DNA of 19,790 bases from Candidatus Asbonarchaeum danakilense (GTDB lineage Archaea; Nanohalarchaeota; Nanosalinia; Nanosalinales; Nanoanaerosalinaceae), in assembly GCA_034190465.1 (NCBI GenBank), contig JAXINV010000036.1, positions 28,658 through 48,447 of the forward strand. The letters are read 5' to 3'. Shown piece by piece: positions 16,443-19,790 of the stretch. Under the pieces are notes generated by a model that searched no databases, was not told the origin of the DNA, and saw nothing but the letters and a program-made list of their open reading frames with translations. The stretch's first letter is position 1. Every line of letters starts with the position of its first letter. The translations under genes were made by a program, and so were the position numbers.

Positions 16443-18012
16443 CGAGTTTTTTCTCACCTCCCTCAGGCGAGTTGTCGGCCTTCCAGACCCGCTGTACTCG
16501 TTCTTCTCTGCGCCACCGGCCGAGGAAGTCTTCGACAGTTTCCGGCATGGCGTTCTTTAGGATACGGCCTCTCCGCAGGATACGACCGAGCTGGAGTTCA
16601 AGGCTCTTACTGAGCTGGTCGTAGACGTTGGAGTCGGAATAGATCAGCCCCTCCTTGATACGCCAGTAGGCGGTGGTGCCCTCCGGCGCCATGATGATGT
16701 AGCCGCGTTTCCTACCTTCCCATTCAGACATGGCGTCGTACATCTCGCTGTTGTCGACATAGTAGACGCCGCCGGACATCGTGTGGGCGCTTGGGTCGAC
16801 TATCAGTATCTCTTCGCCCTCGACGCCCACGGAAAGGGAGTAGTGGCCGGTATCCGCCTGGGGGAACAGCAGGGGCTTTGCGAAGTTGACGACTACGAGC
16901 CCTCCGTCGTTGAACCAGGTCTTCAGCTCTTCTGCCAGGTCGGTTATCTTATCGTATTCGACGAACTCTGCCTTGACTTTGCCGTTGGTCCGGCTCTCGA
17001 TGGCCTGGATTAGGTCGTCGGGCTGGACGCCGCCTGGCTGGCTGGTCCCGGATTCTTCGGCCAGTGTGCCCTGGTTCAGGTCGTAGCCGAACATGGCCAG
17101 CGCCATCTCTGCTGAGGCGGGGCCACAGTAGGATGGTTCCTGCGCGACAAAGTAGTTCTTGATATCTTCCAGCGTCTCGACGTCGGCCTTGACCCGTTTG
17201 AACATGATATCGGTGTCCATCAGTTCCTTGTTCGGCTTCAGCATGAAGTAGCCTGAGTCGGTGGTTATCGTGGTGCTGAACCCGGAGATCTCGCGTATCT
17301 CGCCTGATTCGCCGTCGAGCTTCACCTTCTTACCTGGCTTCAGGATGTCTGAGCCACGCAGATAGATGCCTGCGGCGTAGTTCTGCACTAGGTCCTTGAA
17401 GCCGAAGAATGCCAGTGCACCGAGCAACGCCACGAGGCCGTACGATGCGGCTGTCAGGGTGTTAGCTATGATGTCGGAGGAATAGACGCCCATCTGGATG
17501 ATGGCGATTTCCAGGACGACGAGGTAGAGGAACGCTTTCAGGCCGTGGAGGAATGCCTCAGCAACCTTGATGGAGAATCCGAGGTCTTTGACGTATTCTT
17601 TAAATCCGACGGTGTCGATGAAGGCGTTCAGAAGGTTCATCACCAGCTTCACGACGATGATGCCTAGGAAGAATATGAGGACGGAGGTGAGCGCGGCGGG
17701 CAGATAGGTCGACAGCTGGCTGTACAGCTGGCTGGTGACGGAGGAGTTGAGATAGAGGAGAGCCAACCCGATCGTGGTGATGGAGCCAAGGTATTCGACG
17801 TATTTGACCGGATGGTTTTTTCGCTGCTTGATTTGTTCGATGATTTCGTCCGGCTTGTATGCATTATAGGCGCGCTTGAACACACGGCTGATCAATCTGC
17901 TCAACAGGAAGCCAGCAAGCAGGATTGTGAGGGTTATACCTATCTTGATGCCGGTGGGTTGCTGGATGAGCATCGAGGCGAATGCTGAGAGCTGTTGAAG
18001 AGAGGTAGCCAT
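16417..18012 (-). CDS. MscS-family mechanosensitive channel fused to a papain-fold phytochelatin-synthase/C39-like domain
   Basis: N-terminal TM helices; MscS TM3 and beta domain (GFKDLVQNYAAGIYL...KPGKKV...GESGEIREI....T.I.T..G....PN..L); then AQEPSYCGPASAEMAL, TGHYSLSVG, ILIVDP, YDAM....GRKRGYII. Confidence 0.85.
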   Translation of the reverse strand: MATSLQQLSAFASMLIQQPTGIKIGITLTILLAGFLLSRLISRVFKRAYNAYKPDEIIEQIKQRKNHPVKYVEYLGSITTIGLALLYLNSSVTSQLYSQLSTYLPAALTSVLIFFLGIIVVKLVMNLLNAFIDTVGFKEYVKDLGFSIKVAEAFLHGLKAFLYLVVLEIAIIQMGVYSSDIIANTLTAASYGLVALLGALAFFGFKDLVQNYAAGIYLRGSDILKPGKKVKLDGESGEIREISGFSTTITTDSGYFMLKPNKELMDTDIMFKRVKADVETLEDIKNYFVAQEPSYCGPASAEMALAMFGYDLNQGTLAEESGTSQPGGVQPDDLIQAIESRTNGKVKAEFVEYDKITDLAEELKTWFNDGGLVVVNFAKPLLFPQADTGHYSLSVGVEGEEILIVDPSAHTMSGGVYYVDNSEMYDAMSEWEGRKRGYIIMAPEGTTAYWRIKEGLIYSDSNVYDQLSKSLELQLGRILRRGRILKNAMPETVEDFLGRWRREERVQRVWKADNSPEGGEKKLDEFTGTDE

Positions 18013-18046
18013 GTGTCCCCACACCGGTATTAAGCACCGGCCGTGG

Positions 18047-18054
18047 TTTATATA
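18047..18054 (-). promoter_or_regulatory. TATA box and BRE for the MscS-fusion/ATP-grasp operon
   Basis: TATATAAA preceded by purine-rich GGGAAAAGG on the minus strand, between the aIF2gamma stop and the MscS-fusion start. Confidence 0.6.
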
Positions 18055-18084
18055 CCTTTTCCCTTTTAAAGCCGTTCTGTGGTT

Positions 18085-19299
18085 TTAGCCGTCGCTGATG
18101 ACTCCGTGGCCGATGAGGCGCCATCTTGCACCGATTCTACGTGAGATGGCGACGCGTTCACCTGGTTCAGCGCATATTGGACGTTTCAGCTGCACCTTGA
18201 CGGTGTCGCCTGCTTGGGTGACGACCCCTGACGTCTTGGCCGTCCCGACGTTGAGGAGGAGGGCTTCTTTCTGCTTGATATTCTCGATCTCTTTCTCCTC
18301 CTCGCTGCCGACGACGCGCTCCATTAATGTGACGTCCATGGAGAGCTGTTCCCTGACGTCCGGCAGCTCGCCCTTCCGACCGAGCACGTTGCCGGCCAGG
18401 TTGTCGGACTTGGTCATGGAGGGATCAAGCGCGGTCTCAACGCCGAGCAGTCCGCCGGGCGTGCCTTTCTCCACCTGCTGGTCGCCCTGGATGATGCTCT
18501 GGACCTCGGTGACGACGGTCTCCCACGTTTCCTCGTCGCGGTTGACGCCGGGCCTGAGTTCGATCTCGTCACCTTCCTCGAGCTCGCCCTTGATCAGGCT
18601 GCCGCCGACGACCCCGCCTTTGAGATCTTCTGCAGCTGTCCCTGGCTTGTTGATGTCGAAGCTCCGAGCGACAAGCATCTTTGGCGGTGCTTCGTTGTCC
18701 CGCTCCGGTGTCGCGATCCGTTCCTGGATCGCTTCGATGACTTTGTCGATGTTGACGCCGTGCTGGGCGGAGACGGGGATGATCGGGGCGTCCTCTGCGA
18801 CGGTGCCGTCGATGAACTCTTTGATCTGCTGGTAGTTCTTTTTTGCCTCCTCTTCGGAGACGAGGTCGATCTTGTTCTGGACGATGACGATGTTGTCGAT
18901 GCCGACGATGTCCAGTGCCTCGAGATGCTCACGGGTCTGAGGCTGCGGGCAGTCTTCTGCAGCGGAGATGAGAAGCAGGGCTCCATCCATGATGCTGGCG
19001 CCTGACAGGACGTTGGCCATCAGTGTCTCGTGTCCGGGTGCGTCGACAAGGGAGACGGCACGCAGTACCTCGGTGTCGCCACCGCACTCGCATTCGTCGT
19101 TGATCGTGTATGTGTCGCATTTGGTGCACTGCCGCAGGACGATGTCGGCGTAGCCGAGCCGGATGGTGATGCCTCGCTTCAGCTCTTCCGAGTGCTCGTC
19201 CGTCCATTTGCCGGAGAGGGCGCGCGTCAACGTGGTCTTGCCGTGGTCGACGTGCCCGACGAGTCCGATGTTGACCTCAGGGATTGGGTGGTCGGCCAT
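18085..19299 (-). CDS. eif2g: Translation initiation factor 2 gamma subunit (aIF2gamma)
   Basis: [29 protein letters not shown], Cys zinc knuckle, [28 protein letters not shown]. Start placed at ATG 19299. Confidence 0.97.
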   Translation of the reverse strand: MADHPIPEVNIGLVGHVDHGKTTLTRALSGKWTDEHSEELKRGITIRLGYADIVLRQCTKCDTYTINDECECGGDTEVLRAVSLVDAPGHETLMANVLSGASIMDGALLLISAAEDCPQPQTREHLEALDIVGIDNIVIVQNKIDLVSEEEAKKNYQQIKEFIDGTVAEDAPIIPVSAQHGVNIDKVIEAIQERIATPERDNEAPPKMLVARSFDINKPGTAAEDLKGGVVGGSLIKGELEEGDEIELRPGVNRDEETWETVVTEVQSIIQGDQQVEKGTPGGLLGVETALDPSMTKSDNLAGNVLGRKGELPDVREQLSMDVTLMERVVGSEEEKEIENIKQKEALLLNVGTAKTSGVVTQAGDTVKVQLKRPICAEPGERVAISRRIGARWRLIGHGVISDG

Positions 19300-19306
19300 G
19301 GCGTTT

Positions 19307-19705
19307 CTACTCACCGCCCTCTTCGTCGTCCTGTTCGTCACCGTGGAGCAGTTCGTCGATGCTCTTGTCGCCTTCCTCGACGACGGTGCAGTTCAGCTGG
19401 GCGATGTCGTCGGCGACGGTGTTGCCACGGAGTGATTTCCGCTGTCTTTCGCCGTCTTCAAGGTCGCGGACGCCGGTGCCTTCCTCGACGAGGATCCGTT
19501 TCCGACCGGTGCCCTGGAGCTGGCGCTTCATGGGGAAACCGTCCTCGTCGCTGCCACCGGTGATCTCGAGGGTGTAGCCGTCGAGACCGACCGCGGAGCC
19601 GTCGAACGTGTCGCCGACGCTGAGGCCCTGCACGGTCTGTTCCTGGCTGTCGTCGAGTTCGAAAGAAGTGGTTGTTCCGTCTGTCGTACCGACTACAAGT
19701 TGCAT
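19307..19705 (-). CDS. rps6e: 30S ribosomal protein S6e (eS6)
   Basis: [46 protein letters not shown]. Confidence 0.96.
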   Translation of the reverse strand: MQLVVGTTDGTTTSFELDDSQEQTVQGLSVGDTFDGSAVGLDGYTLEITGGSDEDGFPMKRQLQGTGRKRILVEEGTGVRDLEDGERQRKSLRGNTVADDIAQLNCTVVEEGDKSIDELLHGDEQDDEEGGE

Positions 19706-19763
19706 TGTGTATCACCGCGCTCAGTACTCCTCGCGTTTCCCGGAGCGTGGTCGAATTTTTGCT

Positions 19764-19782
19764 GCAACTTTTAAAAGGTTGC
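19764..19782 (-). promoter_or_regulatory. TATA box (TTTTAAAA, 19769-19776) of the rps6e operon inside a near-palindrome
   Basis: GCAAC-TTTTAAAAG-GTTGC upstream of rps6e. Confidence 0.5.
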
Positions 19783-19790
19783 GCGGGCTG

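Noticed and set aside
12534..18012. Classical graspetide (microviridin-type) RiPP cluster with a C39 exporter
   Set aside because: The ligase motifs are RimK-like, the transporter is MscS rather than ABC, and no precursor with a double-Gly leader or repeated T/S/K-D/E core motifs is visible.
18022..18046. Shared GCACCGG-containing motif upstream of the MscS fusion and of the DUF1611-like gene (13677-13696)
   Set aside because: Short, GC-rich, and in opposite orientation relative to transcription; may well be chance.
19307..19705. rps6e as the canonical RimK substrate because of proximity
   Set aside because: Bacterial RimK modifies bS6, which is not homologous to archaeal eS6; the shared name is coincidental.
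1..19790. tRNA, rRNA, CRISPR array, IS element or integrase
   Set aside because: Intergenic gaps are short and show no cloverleaf, regularly spaced repeats, terminal inverted repeats or recombinase motifs.

Overview
Archaeal DNA with high GC and a very acidic proteome. It most likely comes from a halophilic DPANN archaeon of Nanohaloarchaeota type (inference: Kae1 and Bud32 are separate genes, unlike the fusion typical of Halobacteria, and some usual operon members are missing). The backbone, all on the minus strand, is the conserved information-processing cluster rps6e - aIF2gamma - PIN - ppa - rpoE' - spt4 - rps24e - rps27ae - kae1 ... bud32 - rps15 - GAN/RecJ-like DHH - rps3ae, followed by an RDD membrane protein cut by the window edge. 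Three accessory blocks interrupt it. (1) tsaC plus two tandem Kef-type K+ transporters, translationally coupled between kae1 and bud32. (2) A stand-alone FIST sensor plus a 92-aa partner between PIN and ppa. (3) A ~5.3-kb five-gene module between aIF2gamma and PIN, which is the best candidate for an undescribed system. It encodes an MscS channel whose cytoplasmic C-terminal domain is replaced by a papain-fold, phytochelatin-synthase/C39-like domain with an intact Cys-His-Asp triad, a degenerate and an intact RimK-like ATP-grasp protein, and, convergently, an M14 desuccinylase/aspartoacylase-type hydrolase and a DUF1611-like P-loop protein. The module plausibly synthesises, processes, releases and recycles a glutamyl peptide, possibly an osmolyte. 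All assignments come from motif reading only; no database searches were run.
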